Below are positions 26,471 through 48,103 of a stretch of 64,000 nt of DNA, piece by piece. The stretch spans positions 76,441 through 140,440 of the forward strand of contig NIVC01000866.1 of the NCBI GenBank assembly GCA_002269645.1, in the 5' to 3' direction. The position numbers and the translations under genes are program-made. Under the pieces are notes generated by a model. It made no database searches. It was not told the origin of the DNA and worked only from the letters and a program-made list of their open reading frames with translations. Position 1 is the first letter of the stretch, and the number at the start of each line of letters is the position of its first letter. This DNA is from Macrostomum lignano. Lineage: Eukaryota.

Positions 26471-26954
26471 TTTCGCATGGGCGTGACTCTATTGGCAAGT
26501 TCATCAGTCCTTGAATGCAGGTAGTAATTAACACCAAATTTCACCATCAGTTTTCAGCAGTGCAAATTCTCAATCTAGTTTCAACTTGGTTCAACTGCCC
26601 ACTTGTAACTGTCAATCAAGCAGTTATTAACAAGCTTTCACTAAATAGCTCTGGGCAGTGTACACGCAGTCCTGTGCATTCTATCATGTGCGCAGTTACA
26701 CAATAATTAGCTGGGTAACTTGACTCTTTCTCGGCATGGGCCAGGATTAATGGAACTGTGAAGCCACATCGTTAGCACTGAGTATTCTTGCTATAGGCGA
26801 GTGTAATAAGCCAATTTCTGTTCAACTCTAGTCAGAATAAATTTGGTTAAGAATAGTCGCAACTTGCTACTCAATCAGTTACGGATCAAGGCTTCTTTTT
26901 CTACTTGATGTAGGTCTAAGCTGTGAGGGTCATGGTTTCAGATTTGAGAGCCTG

Positions 26955-27505
26955 GGGCGCCGTTGTGGGGTGCCATTGGAGGCTCCGTTGGGGGCGCCGT
27001 TGGGGGCACCGTTGGGTGCACCGTTTGGGGGTGCCGTTGGGGGTGTGTCGTTGGGGTGCCATTGGGGCGTCGTTGGGGGCGCCATTGGGGGCTCCGTTGG
27101 GTGCTCCATTGGGTCGCTTAGTTGGGGCTCCGTTGGGTGCTCCGTTGGGTGCTCCGTTGGGTGCTCCGTTGGGTGCTCCGTTGGGTGCTCCGTTGGGTGC
27201 TCCGTTGGGTGCTCCGTTGGGTGCTCCGTTTGAGGCATCGTTGGGGGCTCCGTTTGAGGCGTCGTTCGGGGCGCCGTTGGGGGCGCCGTTGGGGGCTCCG
27301 TTTGAGGCGTCGTTGGGGGCGCCGTTGGGGGCTCCGTTTGAGGCGTCGTTGGGGGCGTCGTTGGGGGCTCCGTTTGAGGCGTCGTTCGGGGCGCCGTTGG
27401 GGGCTCCGTTGGGGGCTCCGTTTGAGGCGTCTTTGGGGGCACCGTTGGGGGCTCCGTTGGTGCTCCATTGGGGGCCCATTGGAGGCACAGTAAGGGGTGC
27501 CATTA
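26955..27505. repeat. 12-bp GC-rich minisatellite (CCGTTGGGTGCT / CCGTTGGGGGCG)n
   Basis: Read directly; explains the GAPN/APLG ORFs. Confidence 0.93.
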
Positions 27506-28071
27506 GGGGCCCACCAGTTGGAATGCAGCAGCTGATAGCGCTCCTGTTGCAACGGTGAAAGAATCTGTCACAGACATCGCAGCTCAGGCGGAGTCAAAAA
27601 AGCAGCCCTGAGCGTACCAGTCTCGGAGTGTCTCAGCGCCAGTTGGTTTTTTCACTTTTCCCGATAACCGGGGCCGAAAAAAAACTAATTTTGCGCCGAC
27701 TGCCTGCAATAGCAATGTTCGAGCGCTCCGAAACCCCGAAGGACCAAATCTCTCCACTCCACCCTCCCCTCTCTCTGTCCCTCTCTGCCTCGCCCTGTCT
27801 GCCGCACCTGTTAACAGCTCATAACCACTCAGCGATCCATTTTGCAATCTGGCAACTTTGTTTCAGTTGCTCCTAGCAACAGAGAGAGAGAGAGAGGGAG
27901 CGGGTGGGACGTTGATAAGGTATCGTAATTTCCTAAGCACTGGACATGCATCAGTACACCTATATATGCGGCATGAACCCGAGAGAATAAGGACTCGATT
28001 TGTCCCTGTCTGTCTGACTGCTTCTAAGAAAACGCTGCCCTATCTATCAATCTAAAACAAAAATTTACACA

Positions 28072-31000
28072 ATGCCAGAGCAGCAGCAGCAGATTAGAGA
28101 TCCCGGTGACCGCTTTACCGGTTTTCCACCTGGTCGACCGGCTGATGGCAGCCGGTGCTGGATGTTCGACCTGTTCAAGGCGGGGAGGTCGAGCCGGCGT
28201 TTTCCAATTGCTCCGGATGGTGAGTCAGACTGCATGGGTTTGACACTTGCTAATTGCTGGCAGAGTTTAGCAGTTAGGCTACTCATTATAAGCCCCTGCT
28301 GACGCTTTCAAGCTACTTACCATGACCCTAGGCTAAAACATATTCTAGCTGGTCACTATGACCTTACTCCACACACACTTAGGTACTCACTATGACCCAC
28401 TCCTGACACACTTATCTACTCACTATGACCTGCTCCTGACACACTTATTTAATCACTATGACATACTCCTGACACACTTATCTACTCACTATGACCTACT
28501 CCTGACACACATTCTTGCTACTCACTATGACCTACTACTGACACACATTCTTGCTACTCACTATGACCTACTACTGACACACATTCTTGCTACTCACTAT
28601 GACCTACTCCTGACACACATTCTTGCTACTCACTATGACCTACTCCTGACACACATTCTTGCTGCTCACTATGACCTACTCCTGAAAAACTTATCTACTC
28701 ACCATGACCTATTCCTGACACACTTATCTACTCAATATGACCTACTCCTGACACATTTATCTACTCACTATGATCCACTTCTGACACATTATTGCTACCC
28801 ACTATGACCTACTCCTGACAGATATTCTGGCTACTCACTATGACCTACTCCTGACACATTCTTGATACTCACTATGACCTACTCCTGACACACTTATCTA
28901 CTCACAATGAGCTATTCCTGACACACTTATCTACTCAATATGACCTACTCTTGACACACTTATCTACTCACTATGAACTACTCCTGACACACATTCTTGC
29001 TACAAACTATGACCTACTCCTGACAGATATTCTGGCTACTCACTATGACCTACTCCTGGCAAATAATTCTTGCTAATCACTATGACCTACTCCTGACAGA
29101 AATTCTGGCTACTCGCAATGACCTACTCCTGACAAATTGCAGTTTTTAGTCGTCAATAGCTCAATATACAATATTTTTGATTTACAACCCGCACGCGCCA
29201 GGCCAAATTCCGAACTCTGTCATACGTCAACTATTTGAGCCTTCGGAGCCGAAAGCTGCTATCAGCAGTGTGCCTGCTAAGCTAAAAAAGGTAAGTAAAC
29301 ACCTGAGCAGACAAGCCATAACTTATCATCTGATAAATATTGCGTTCGAGCTTTCAGGAAATTGCTGTAGAAAGTCAAAAAAAAATGTAAGTCGACTTTG
29401 ATCAAGAAAGAGCTTCTCTTTTAGGGTGTTGGGCTCCAGTGGAAAAACTGCTATTGTAAACTCTGGTCTTTTTAGTTCGGTTTGCTATTGACTTCTTGAG
29501 TCTCATTTCCTAGAATTTCTTAGGACATATTTAGATTTTCCGTTTGGTGATTTTGGATGGCACAAGTCTAGATGATTTTCACGCCAGACTGGATGATTCT
29601 GGTTGGTGCCAGAATAGATGATTTTGACTCCAGACTAGATGATTTTGGTTGGTGCCAGACTAAATGATTTTGACTCCAGACTAGATGATTTTGACTCCAG
29701 ACTGGATGATTTTGACTCCAGACTAGATGATTTTGACTCCAGACTAGATGATTTTGGCACCAGACTAGATGATTTTGGCACCAGACTAGATGATTTTGGC
29801 ACCAGACTAGATGATTTTGACTCCAGACTAGATGATTTTGGCTCCAGACTAGATGATTTTGGCTCCAGACTAGATGATTTTGACTCCAGACTAGATGATT
29901 TTGGCACCAGACTAGATGATTTTGACTCCAGACTAGATGATTTTGACTCCAGACTAGATGATTTTGGCTCCAGACTAGATGATTTTGACTCCAGACTAGA
30001 TGATTTTGGCACCTGACTTGATGATTTTGGTTGGTGCCAGACTAAATGATTTTGGCTCCAGACTAGATGATTTTGGCTCCAGACTAGATGATTTTGGCAC
30101 CAGAATTGATGATTTTGGCACCTGACTTGATGATTTTGGTTGGTGCCAGACTAAATGATTTTGGCTCCAGATTAGATGATTTTGGCGCCGGATCAGTTGA
30201 TTTTGGCGCCAGACTAGATAATTTCGGTAGCAGAATAGATGATTTTGGCTCCAGAAATGATAATTTTGTTGGCGCCAGACTCGTGGATTTACTGCCGGTG
30301 CTAAGCTAGGTGATCAGACCCCGGTGCTAAGCTAGGTGATCAGACCCCGGTGCTAAGCTAAGTGATCAGACCCCGGTGCTAAGCTAGGTGATCAGACCCG
30401 GCCTCATGTCGAATTTTTATCCCTCAAAACAGCCGCTGCGCCTTCGGCGCCGATTCGCGCGAGCAGAGCCGATCCCGGAGCCCGCAGCTGAGGGTGCCGC
30501 TGAGATGTCAGTGGACGAGGCGTCCTACCTCAACGTTACAACCCGCTGGGACACCTGGGCAGATGATGACAGCGGCAGCCAACAGCAGTTTGATGATGTA
30601 CCGGAGTCGAGCAGCGACACTTCGGAAGTCAGCGAAGTCAAACAGCTCGCCGAGCTACCGGAAGAGCCCAGGAGGACGGTGGAGACGCCTTCCACATCCG
30701 CCTCGGCAAGCCTTCAGCCTGCGACGAGCTTGGAGCCTCCAGCTCAGCAGCCGGCAACTTCAAAACGGAAGCGAGCAATCAATGCGGGGGCGGCCGGGGG
30801 TGTCGAGCGGCTTCCACCGCTGCCAAGCCAGCAGCAGCTCCGGCTGCTCAGGCAGAAGCGGCAGCAGCAGGTGCAGCCGCCGAAGCCACCACTGCAGCAG
30901 GAAGACCGACCGCCTCCTCCTCAACTACCGCCGTCTCCGCCGCCTCCGCTGGCAACGCAGCCTCCACCGCCGACTCCTCCGCAGCCGCCTCCGCCTCCTC

Positions 31001-33890
31001 CGCCGCCTCCAGCTCAACCGTCCAGCTCAGCCGCGCCGCCTGCACAGAAGCCGGAGGCAAAACGGACGCAAAAGCAGAATCGACAGGCAGTTGGAAGGCG
31101 AGCGCCGCCGGTGCTGAAGCCACCGCCGCCGCCACCACCGCCGCCGCCGCCACCGCCGCCTCCTCATCCGCCTGCATCACCGCCTCTTCAACGACGGGCA
31201 TCTGCTTCTTCATCGTCAGCGGAGAAGCCGCTGCCACCATCGCTGCCGTCGCCGCCGTCACGCCCGCAGCCTCCGCCGCTTCCAAAGATTCCGCAAATTC
31301 CTGTCGTGATCGTTACGGCTGACGATGTCGCCGACTTTTACGATGGCAGCGAGGATGATACAAGCCAGCCAGAGCTGGACTCGCTCCAGGGGGTGCAAGA
31401 TTTGCCCAGCTTTGCTAACCCCCTCCCCGGGGAGCCGGATATTCAATCGAATCAAGAACCGGAAGTGAAGTCGGAACCAAATTCTGAAGTGCAATCGCAA
31501 AATGAAACGAAAGGAGAAATAGAAGTGGAGCTGGAAGTGAAACAGGAAGTGGAACCGGAGGTTAAGCCGGAAGTGGAACCGGAGGTTGAGCCGGAAGTGG
31601 AACTGGAAACTGAAGACACGGAATCTGAACCGGAAGAGGAGCCGGAACTACAGGAGCTAGAAACGGTTGAGGAAATGTCTTACGATAGCAGAAAGTCTGC
31701 TACAGAGTCAGACTACCAGACCGATCTGCTCTCGGCCATCGTGTCCGAGCCGTGGTTCCGCCAGCCGGAGGTGCCGCTGCTGACGGAGCCGGTGGCCAGA
31801 GCTCTCACTGAGATGATGTCGGAGTCTACGAACAGTCTCGAGTCGCATGGGGAGATGTGTCGAAGACTGCTGGACATTAAACAGTGAGGACTTTGTTTAA
31901 CAATTGCAAATTTTAATGCCAAACATTCATTAAGTTTTCTCTTCAAATCAGACAGCTCAACCTCCGCGAAGACTTTGAGCTGCAACTTGTATCGGAGCTG
32001 ATCTCCCAGCTAGAGAGACTCATCGACGAGCTGATGAAGTTAGCCGATGAGGCCCGGAAGCTGGGACCTTCAAGAGGTGAAAGAAGCAATAACAACAGCA
32101 GCAGAAGTAGCACTGTTCGGTGCAAAGGTGACAACCTGCTGGATTTGCTCCGGCGGATGGGGCACGATTTGACGGACGAACTCAGAAAGGTAATGGGAAA
32201 GTTGAAAAGCAGCTTGGCTATCCGACCCTTTGATGTGCCGCTGCACCATCATCCCCTCCGATCCTTTGATGTGCCGCTGCACCATCATCCCCTCCGATCC
32301 TTTGATGTGCCGCTGCACCATCATTCCCTCCGACCCTTTGATTTACTGCACTGCTCTGCATCATTCCCTCTACTTTTCCTCTTTGCCTCCTCATCGTACT
32401 ATCAGTAAGCAGTTCCAGTTTCATCAGCTCAGTACCTTTGCAGCGTTGGACCGGCGCTCTTCTCTCGGCAACCCTCGCCGAGGACGCCAGCCGTCAGCAT
32501 CGCAGACCTCGACGGAGACGCCATCGCGGCCACTCCGACTCAGGCATGGGCACGGAGAGCGTCGAATCTACAGAGACTTCAGAGTCGGGCGACAGCCGAA
32601 ATCGTGAGCAGCGTAGGCTGAATGCCCTGAGTGAGGAGGAACGCCAGACTGCTGCCACCAGCTTGAGCCAGCGCGACCTGGATGCCGATGGCAAACCCAA
32701 CAGTGCTGACGAGGATGAGGAGCCCGAAGCTCTACAAGGCCTGCTGCTGCGGGACGAAGCATCGATCGACGAGACAGAGGAAGCTGACGCTGCGTCCACA
32801 GTTCGATTCATGCTGCCCCCAGAGACCTCGATTGGTTCGGAATCTGGAAACAGCGAAGAGGTAATCTGCAGAAACTTGTGCGTTAGAAAATATCTACTGA
32901 TATATAGGATTGTGCAATCCGAAAGTGACGCCATTCGATCATTGGCTGCTTGCTTCTAAAAATAGAAACTGACGCTATTCAGTGATTATCTGCGTGTTTC
33001 TAAAAATAGAAACTGACGCCATTCAGTGATTATATGCGTGTTTCTAAAAATAGAAACTGACGCCAATTGCTTACGTAATTTGCAGAAGCACTGGCTCCCT
33101 CCCGTGCCAACTCCGCCACCGATGCCACGACCAAATCAAAGGAGGCCGGTATTTTTCGAGGCCAAAGAGGAGACGGTGTTCGAGTAAGACATTTCTCACT
33201 GAACCTCTCTCTGGCAACAGAATAACTTGAAACTTATTTTCAGTTTTATGCGTATGCGGTTAAACTTTCAGTCAGATGGGCGACTTTCGACTGAAGCGAC
33301 TTGTGCAGAACTTGCCGCCGATTGTGCGCCTGGACCTCGAGTCCATCGCTGAGCGCTCGCGCCAGTCGGCCAGCAGCTATCGGTGCCCTCGGCTAGTTGA
33401 TCAATCGTCCCGTTGGTCCAATCGTTCCTCCGGATAGTGAGCTGACTTTCCAGTTTGGTTCGAATCGCACTACTCAGCTCAGTAGTCAGCAGAGAACTCA
33501 TATTATTTTTTCAGCTACAGCGATCGAAGTCAACAGCCCGACGCTACCAGCTACTCGGCCACCTGGCAACCAGCTCAAGTCTTCGAGTCGGAGCCGGACG
33601 ACTCAACGACGTCTGCGCCGTTCCGCCTGCCAGCCCTGGATCGGCAGGTGAGACAGACAGAACGGTCTCAGGCTCGGGTGCGATTTTCTTCTTGCAACCA
33701 CGATGAAGCCAGCTCGAGCGGTGATGCAGACAGCAGCATCCCGATGCGGCCATCAGAGCTGTGGGATGCGCACTGCAGGATGGAGAGCCTGGCCAAGCAC
33801 GGCATGGACGCCGCCGGTATTCGGATTGGACGCCACCTGGCCAGGGACCGCCTGCTGTTCTCGCTACTGCTGCCATCGCTGAGGGAATAA
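28072..33890 (+). CDS. Pro-rich/Glu-rich, largely disordered protein of unknown function, ~993 aa, 8 exons
   Basis: Exons 28072-28219, 29202-29290, 30433-31883, 31952-32189, 32444-32860, 33086-33183, 33272-33436 and 33515-33890. All are AG/GT bounded and the phases chain (1,0,2,0,0,2,2); total 2982 nt = 994 codons. Contains polyproline tracts, EVEP repeats and a helical/coiled-coil-like segment (LNLREDFELQLVSELISQLERLIDELMKLADEARK). AATAAA at 34300-34305. Confidence 0.8.
28355..29130. repeat. 36-bp minisatellite (CACTATGACCTACTCCTGACACACATTCTTGCTACT)n
   Basis: Read directly; in intron 1 of the orphan gene. Confidence 0.95.
29560..30290. repeat. 21-bp minisatellite (GATGATTTTGACTCCAGACTA)n
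   Basis: Read directly; in intron 2 of the orphan gene. Confidence 0.95.
30295..30400. repeat. 26-bp tandem repeat (CCGGTGCTAAGCTAGGTGATCAGACC) x ~4
   Basis: Read directly; just upstream of the 30433 acceptor. Confidence 0.9.
32222..32345. repeat. 36-bp tandem repeat x ~3 (TCCGATCCTTTGATGTGCCGCTGCACCATCATCCCC)
   Basis: Read directly; in intron 32190-32443. Confidence 0.85.
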
Positions 33891-33924
33891 GCGAATGACC
33901 CCTGCTGCCACTGCGGGGGTCGGG

Positions 33925-34225
33925 TAGTATTGGGGTCAGGTAGTATTGGGGTCAGGTAGTATTGAGGTCAGGTAGTATTGGGGTCAGGTAGTATTGGGGT
34001 CAGGTAGTATTGGGGTCAGGTAGCATTGGGGTCAGGTAGTATTGGGGTCAGGTAGTATTGGGGTCAGGTAGTATTGAGGTCAGGTAGTATTGGGGTCAGG
34101 TAGTATTGGGGTCAGGTAGTATTGGGGTCAGGTAGCATTGGGGTCAGGTAGTATTGGGGTCAGGTAGTATTGGGGTCAGGTAGCATTGGGGTCAGGTAGC
34201 ATTGGGGTCAGGTAGCATTGGGGTC
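33925..34225. repeat. 16-bp minisatellite (GGTAGTATTGGGGTCA)n, probably in the 3' UTR of the orphan gene
   Basis: Read directly; lies between the stop at 33890 and AATAAA at 34300. Confidence 0.93.
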
Positions 34226-34554
34226 AAGATGTAGTTTAAAATATTGAATCACTGATAGACTATTTTTTGTCTTTTGTTTTAATCTTTCTAATTTTTTTCA
34301 ATAAAGAAGTTATTTCTTAAAATATATATTGAAGATTAAAAATAAATAACATATATTTTTTTATTTTTCCTTGATTAGTTAAACTGACGAACAGTCAATG
34401 ATGTGATTATACAGACACTATCGATTATATTTCTTTAATTCAATTTTAGTTTGTAAACATGGATATATTTATTGCATAATTGCTTGCGATTTTGTCTATT
34501 ACTAAATGCAATAAAATCTTCAAACCAATTATTGCTGTGAAAAATATTTAGAAA

Positions 34555-35095
34555 AATGTTCTGAATTCGGTGCCTCTTGTTCTGAATTCGGTGCCTCTTG
34601 TTCTGAATTCGGTGCCTCTTGTTCTGAATTCGGTGCCTCTTGTTCTGAATTCGGTGCCTCTTGTTCTGAATTCGGTGCCTCTTGTTCTGAATTCGGTGCC
34701 TCTTGTTCCGAATTCGGTGCCTCTTGTTCTGAATTCGGTGCCTCTTGTTCCGAATTCGGTGCCTCTTGTTCTGAATTCGGTGCCTCTTGTTCTGAATTCG
34801 GTGCCTCTTGTTCTGAATTCGGTGCCTCTTGTTCCGAATTCGGTGCCTCTTGTTCTGAATTCGGTGCCTCTTGTTCTGAATTCGGTGCCTCTTGTTCTGA
34901 ATTCGGTGCCTCTTGTTCTGAATTCGGTGCCTCTTGTTCTGAATTCGGTGCCTCTTGTTCCGAATTCGGTGCCTCTTGTTCTGAATTCGGTGCCTCTTGT
35001 TCTGAATTCGGTGCCTCTTGTTCCGAATTCGGTGCCTCTTGTTCTGAATTCGGTGCCTCTTGTTCTGAATTCAGCATCTCCTGTTCTGAATTTGA
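34555..35095. repeat. Very homogeneous 21-bp minisatellite (GAATTCGGTGCCTCTTGTTCT)n
   Basis: Read directly; one EcoRI site per unit; explains the NSEQEAP ORF. Confidence 0.97.
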
Positions 35096-35594
35096 CGTCT
35101 TCAAGCCGAGACGTGCTATCCAAAAGCGGAATTAAAGTGGGCTTTTAAAAGAAATTAATGATGGAAAAAGCGTCCCAAAGACGCGAACTCAGTCCGCAAG
35201 TTCGGCAATTACTCGGTGGTTTCAGACAAATTGATAATTCTTGATAGAATTGATAAAGGCGGGAGCGTGATAGCTCGCTCCTAGAGCCGGTTAATAGCAT
35301 TCTTTCACAAAGCACTGAGCAACTCCCTCCAGGCGCGGTCGGATACCGGGCAGGGGGGTTGGGATTCTTTTGCCCGAATTGAAGCACGAGATGGAGAGTG
35401 CGCGGGTGCAACTTTTCCATATTTGGCTGTCGGCTGCGTCACAGCCGCTGCTTTTATCAGAGCGCCAGAGAGAGAAGGGGGCTCCAGGGGCCTGCGTGGC
35501 GAGGGGGATTATTTCATAGGCCCAGATTTACCTGGCTCGATGGCATGCGGCAGTGCATTTGACACTTTGTCTGCCGGAAACTGCGCACCTATCT

Positions 35595-35970
<376 letters not shown>

Positions 35971-36522
35971 TCTCCCTCAGTTCCGCCCCAATATCCGCCC
36001 CTATCCTCCCTCAGTTCCGCCCCAATATCCGCCCCTAACCTCCCTCAGTTCCGCCCCAATATCCGCCCCTGACCTTCATTACTTCCGCCCCCAAAATCAT
36101 TCAGTATGGAAGGAGCAAATCGTTGCCTCAGAGCACAAATCAGTTTAAATTCGCAGTCAGGGTGGCAACTCAACAGTCTCCACCAATCTGGTTGAAATCC
36201 GAAGAATGATAAAGTTTTATTTTGACCTGAAGATGTTAGCATTCAGAGTCACAGTTCGAGAGGGTTCGTGCAGCTAAAAGATCAACAGAGTACGTTTCAA
36301 TGTCAAAAACAGAAAATTATATTCAACAATGCCTTAGGAGAGCAAGGAGAAGGGCAGCTTGTTCGAGTCCATTAATTTTTGCTACTACAATTTGAGATCG
36401 CTGAGAAGCCAATTAGCAACTTTTCCCATCGAGTTCCGGCATGCTTTGGGGAGGAAAGTGGAGAAGGAAGAAGGATGTTCAGAGTCAGACAGAGACTTGA
36501 GGCGCAGCACAACCTGCCTCCT

Positions 36523-43664
<7,142 letters not shown>

Positions 43665-43747
43665 GGCTGCCGAGCTTGTGGTTGGTTCGAGTTTGACTTC
43701 GAGTGACCTGCGCGAATTCCGGTTGGCAATGTCGCATTGTAGGAATT

Positions 43748-46700
43748 GAGAGTGACTGCTTTAGAGTGACTGATTGAGAGTGACTGATTGAGAGTGACTG
43801 ATTGAGAGTGACTGACTGAGAGTGACTGATTGAGAGTGACTGATTGAGAGTGACTGATTGAGAGTGACTGACTGAGAGTGACTGATTGAGAGTGACTGAT
43901 TGAGAGTGACTGATTGAGAGTGACTGATTCAGAGTTACTGATTCAGAGTGACTGATTCAGAGTTACTGATTCAGAGTGACTGATTCAGAGTGACTGACTG
44001 AGAGTGACTGATTGAGAGTGATTGATTGAGAGTGGGCTTATTTAGAGTGACTGATTGAGAGTGACTGATTAAGAGTGACTGATTGAGAGTGACTGATTGA
44101 GAGTGACTGATTGAGAGTGACTGATTGAGAGTGACTGATTGAGAGTGACTGATTGAGAGTGACTGATTGAGAGTGACTGATTGAGAGTGACTGATTGAGA
44201 GTGACTGGTTGAGAGTGACTGATTGAGAGTAACTGATTGAGAGTGACTGATTGAGAGTGACTGATTGAGAGTGACTGATTGAGGGTGACTGATTGAGAGT
44301 GACTGATTGAGAGTGACTGATTGAGAGTGACTGATTGAGAGTGACTGGTTGAGAGTGACTGATTGAGAGTGACTGATTGAGAGTGACTGATTGAGGGTGA
44401 CTGATTGAGAGTGACTGATTGAGAGTGACTGATTGAGAGTGACTGATTGAGAGTGACTGATTGAGAGTGACTGATTGAGAGTGACTGATTGAGAGTGACT
44501 GATTGAGAGTGACTGATTGAGAGTGACTGATTGAGAGTGACTGATTGAGAGTGACTGATTGAGAGTGACTGATTGAGAGTGACTGATTGAGAGTGACTGG
44601 TTGAGAGTGACTGATTGAGAGTAACTGGTTGAGAGTGACTGATTGAGAGTGACTGATTGAGAGTGACTGATTGAGAGTGACTGATTGAGAGTGACTGATT
44701 GAGAGTGACTGATTGAGAGTGACTGGTTGAGAGTGACTGATTGAGAGTGACTGGTTGAGAGTGACTGATTGAGAGTAACTGATTGAGAGTGACTGATTGA
44801 GAGTGACTGATTGAGAGTGACTGATTGAGAGTGACTGATTGAGAGTGACTGATTGAGAGTGACTGATTGAGAGTGACTGGTTGAGAGTGACTGATTGAGA
44901 GTGACTGATTGAGAGTGACTGATTGAGGGTGACTGATTGAGAGTGACTGATTGAGAGTGACTGATTGAGAGTGACTGATTGAGAGTGACTGATTGAGAGT
45001 GACTGATTGAGAGTGACTGATTGAGAGTGACTGATTGAGAGTGACTGATTGAGAGTGACTGATTGAGAGTGACTGATTGAGAGTGACTGATTGAGAGTGA
45101 CTGATTGAGAGTGACTGATTGAGAGTGACTGATTGAGAGTGACTGGTTGAGAGTGACTGATTGAGAGTAACTGGTTGAGAGTGACTGATTGAGAGTGACT
45201 GATTGAGAGTGACTGATTGAGAGTGACTGATTGAGAGTGACTGATTGAGAGTGACTGATTGAGAGTGACTGATTGAGAGTGACTGATTGAGAGTGACTGA
45301 TTGAGCAGTGACTGATTGAGAGTGACTGATTGAGAGTGACTGGTTGAGAGTGACTGATTGAGAGTGACTGGTTGAGAGTGACTGATTGAGAGTAACTGAT
45401 TGAGAGTGACTGATTGAGAGTGACTGATTGAGAGTGACTGATTGAGAGTGACTGATTGAGAGTGACTGATTGAGAGTGACTGGTTGAGAGTGACTGATTG
45501 AGAGTGACTGATTGAGAGTGACTGATTGAGGGTGACTGATTGAGAGTGACTGATTGAGAGTGACTGATTGAGAGTGACTGATTGAGAGTGACTGATTGAG
45601 AGTGACTGATTGAGAGTAACTGATTGAGAGTGACTGATTGAGAGTGACTGATTGAGAGTGACTGATTGAGAGTGACTGATTGAGAGTGACTGATTGAGAG
45701 TGACTGATTGAGAGTGACTGATTGAGAGTGACTGATTGAGAGTGACTGGTTGAGAGTGACTGATTGAGAGTGACTGATTGAGAGTGACTGATTGAGGGTG
45801 ACTGATTGAGAGTGACTGATTGAGAGTGACTGATTGAGAGTGACTGATTGAGAGTGACTGATTGAGAGTGACTGATTGAGAGTGACTGATTGAGAGTGAC
45901 TGATTGAGAGTGACTGATTGAGAGTGACTGATTGAGAGTGACTGATTGAGAGTGACTGATTGAGAGTGACTGATTGAGAGTGACTGATTGAGAGTGACTG
46001 ATTGAGAGTGACTGGTTGAGAGTGACTGATTGAGAGTAACTGGTTGAGAGTGACTGATTGAGAGTGACTGATTGAGAGTGACTGATTGAGAGTGACTGAT
46101 TGAGAGTGACTGATTGAGAGTGACTGATTGAGAGTGACTGATTGAGAGTGACTGATTGAGAGTGACTGATTGAGCAGTGACTGATTGAGAGTGACTGATT
46201 GAGAGTGACTGGTTGAGAGTGACTGATTGAGAGTGACTGGTTGAGAGTGACTGATTGAGAGTAACTGATTGAGAGTGACTGATTGAGAGTGACTGATTGA
46301 GAGTGACTGATTGAGAGTGACTGATTGAGAGTGACTGATTGAGAGTGACTGATTGAGAGTGACTGATTGAGAGTGACTGATTGAGAGTGACTGATTGAGG
46401 TGACTGATTGAGAGTGACTGATTGAGAGTGACTGATTGAGAGTGACTGATTGAGAGTGACTGATTGAGAGTGACTGATTGAGAGTGACTGATTGAGAGTG
46501 ACTGATTGAGAGTGACTGATTGAGAGTGACTGATTGAGAGTGACTGATTGAGAGTGACTGATTGAGAGTGACTGATTGAGAGTGACTGATTGAGAGTGAC
46601 TGATTGAGAGTGACTGGTTGAGAGTGACTGATTGAGAGTAACTGATTGAGAGTGACTGATTGAGAGTGACTGATTGAGAGTGACTGATTGAGAGTGACTG

Positions 46701-46790
46701 ATTGAGAGTGACTGATTGAGAGTGACTGATTGAGAGTGACTGATTGAGAGTGACTGATTGAGAGTGACTGATTGAGCAGTGACTGATTGA
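43748..46790. repeat. 3-kb 14-bp satellite (GAGAGTGACTGATT)n
   Basis: Read directly; explains the 952-aa and 913-aa ORFs. Confidence 0.98.
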
Positions 46791-47449
46791 GCAGTCACTA
46801 ACAGTAACAAAATGAAATCCGTAGATCAATAGATTATTATTTATAGCTCAAAAGACGCGTAATTCCTAACGCAGTTAATAAATTTGGCTTCCTGTCAGCC
46901 TTCCGTATCTGCAAGCAGCGCACACAGACTGTATCGTCACTGCTTAGCACACCCACGCAAGACCATCTCCTGTTTCAGTTCTGCTTTGTTCACCGAGCGC
47001 GGCTTCCTTTCGGGAAGATCTTTCACTGCGGAAGGAGCCAAGCACACACACACACACACACACACATCTTCCATCACACACATCTTCCATCACACACACA
47101 TCTTCACTCATTAATCTCCTGTGTCTCTCTGTCTCCTAGACTCCGTCAGTTAGTGTTAAATTCATTCAAAGTAGCAACCTCATGGTGCCTCGCAGTTCAT
47201 TATCTCACATAGTCGACCTCTAGTGCGCCCTCCTGATCGCCAACTCCTTTTTTGGGAGAGCGAATGGGGGCTTGAGATTCTCGCGTACCGGATGGTTGCT
47301 ATGGATATAGGGACAGGTGGCCCTGCCTGTTCTACCTCTGCCTGCGAATCGTTGTCTATCCCACCAAATCTCTCCCTTCTCTCTCCTTCTCCCTGTCTCC
47401 CTCCCTTCTCGACCTGCATTTCCTAATCTTCCATCTTTCAGTCATTTTC

Positions 47450-47750
47450 TCCCTCCTTACCCTCCCTCATCTCTCACCCTCCGTACCCTCCCTCATCTCT
47501 CACCCTCGTTACCCTCCCTCATCTCTCACCCTCCTTACCCTCCCTCATCTCTCACCCTCGTTACCCTCCCTCATCTCTCACCCTCGTTACCCTCCCTCAT
47601 CTCTCCTTCTCCTTACCCTCCCTCATCTCTCACCCTCCTTACCCTCCCTCATCTCTCACCCTCGTTACCCTCCCTCATCTCTCACCCTTCTTACCCTCCC
47701 TCATCTCTCACCCTTCTTACCCTCCCTCATCTCTCACCCTCCTTACCCTC
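47450..47750. repeat. 26-bp pyrimidine-rich minisatellite (CCTCCCTCATCTCTCACCCTCGTTAC)n
   Basis: Read directly. Confidence 0.88.
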
Positions 47751-48103
47751 CATAATTTCTCTGCTCCTTACTCTCCCTTATCTCTCACCCTTCTTCGTCC
47801 TCTTCTTCTCACTCCCTGCCCACCCAGCAGCGCACCTCACACAATCCTCATAAGGCGAGAAGCCAGCAATTCTCGTAACGCCACTCGAAAACTTCTCAAG
47901 CTCTTCCTCATCAGACCAGCATGCGAAATTCGAAACTAAGAATTTGCCCTAGAAACTTGACCCGCGATCATTTAAAGCTTGAAAAGATTTTTCCGTTCAA
48001 ATCATAAATATTTAATGAGATTAAAAATGCCCCCAGGGAAATCCGTGGATCCACTGTCCAGCGGAGAGGCAATGCATCTAGGAGAAGACTGCATTCAACT
48101 CAC

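Noticed and set aside
26916-27558. GAPN/PTEH repeat ORFs resembling mucin or circumsporozoite-type proteins
   Set aside because: A 12-bp satellite open in many frames on both strands, with no flanking exon structure.
43971-46829. 952-aa and 913-aa SQSVTLNQSL ORFs
   Set aside because: These are translations of the 14-bp satellite.
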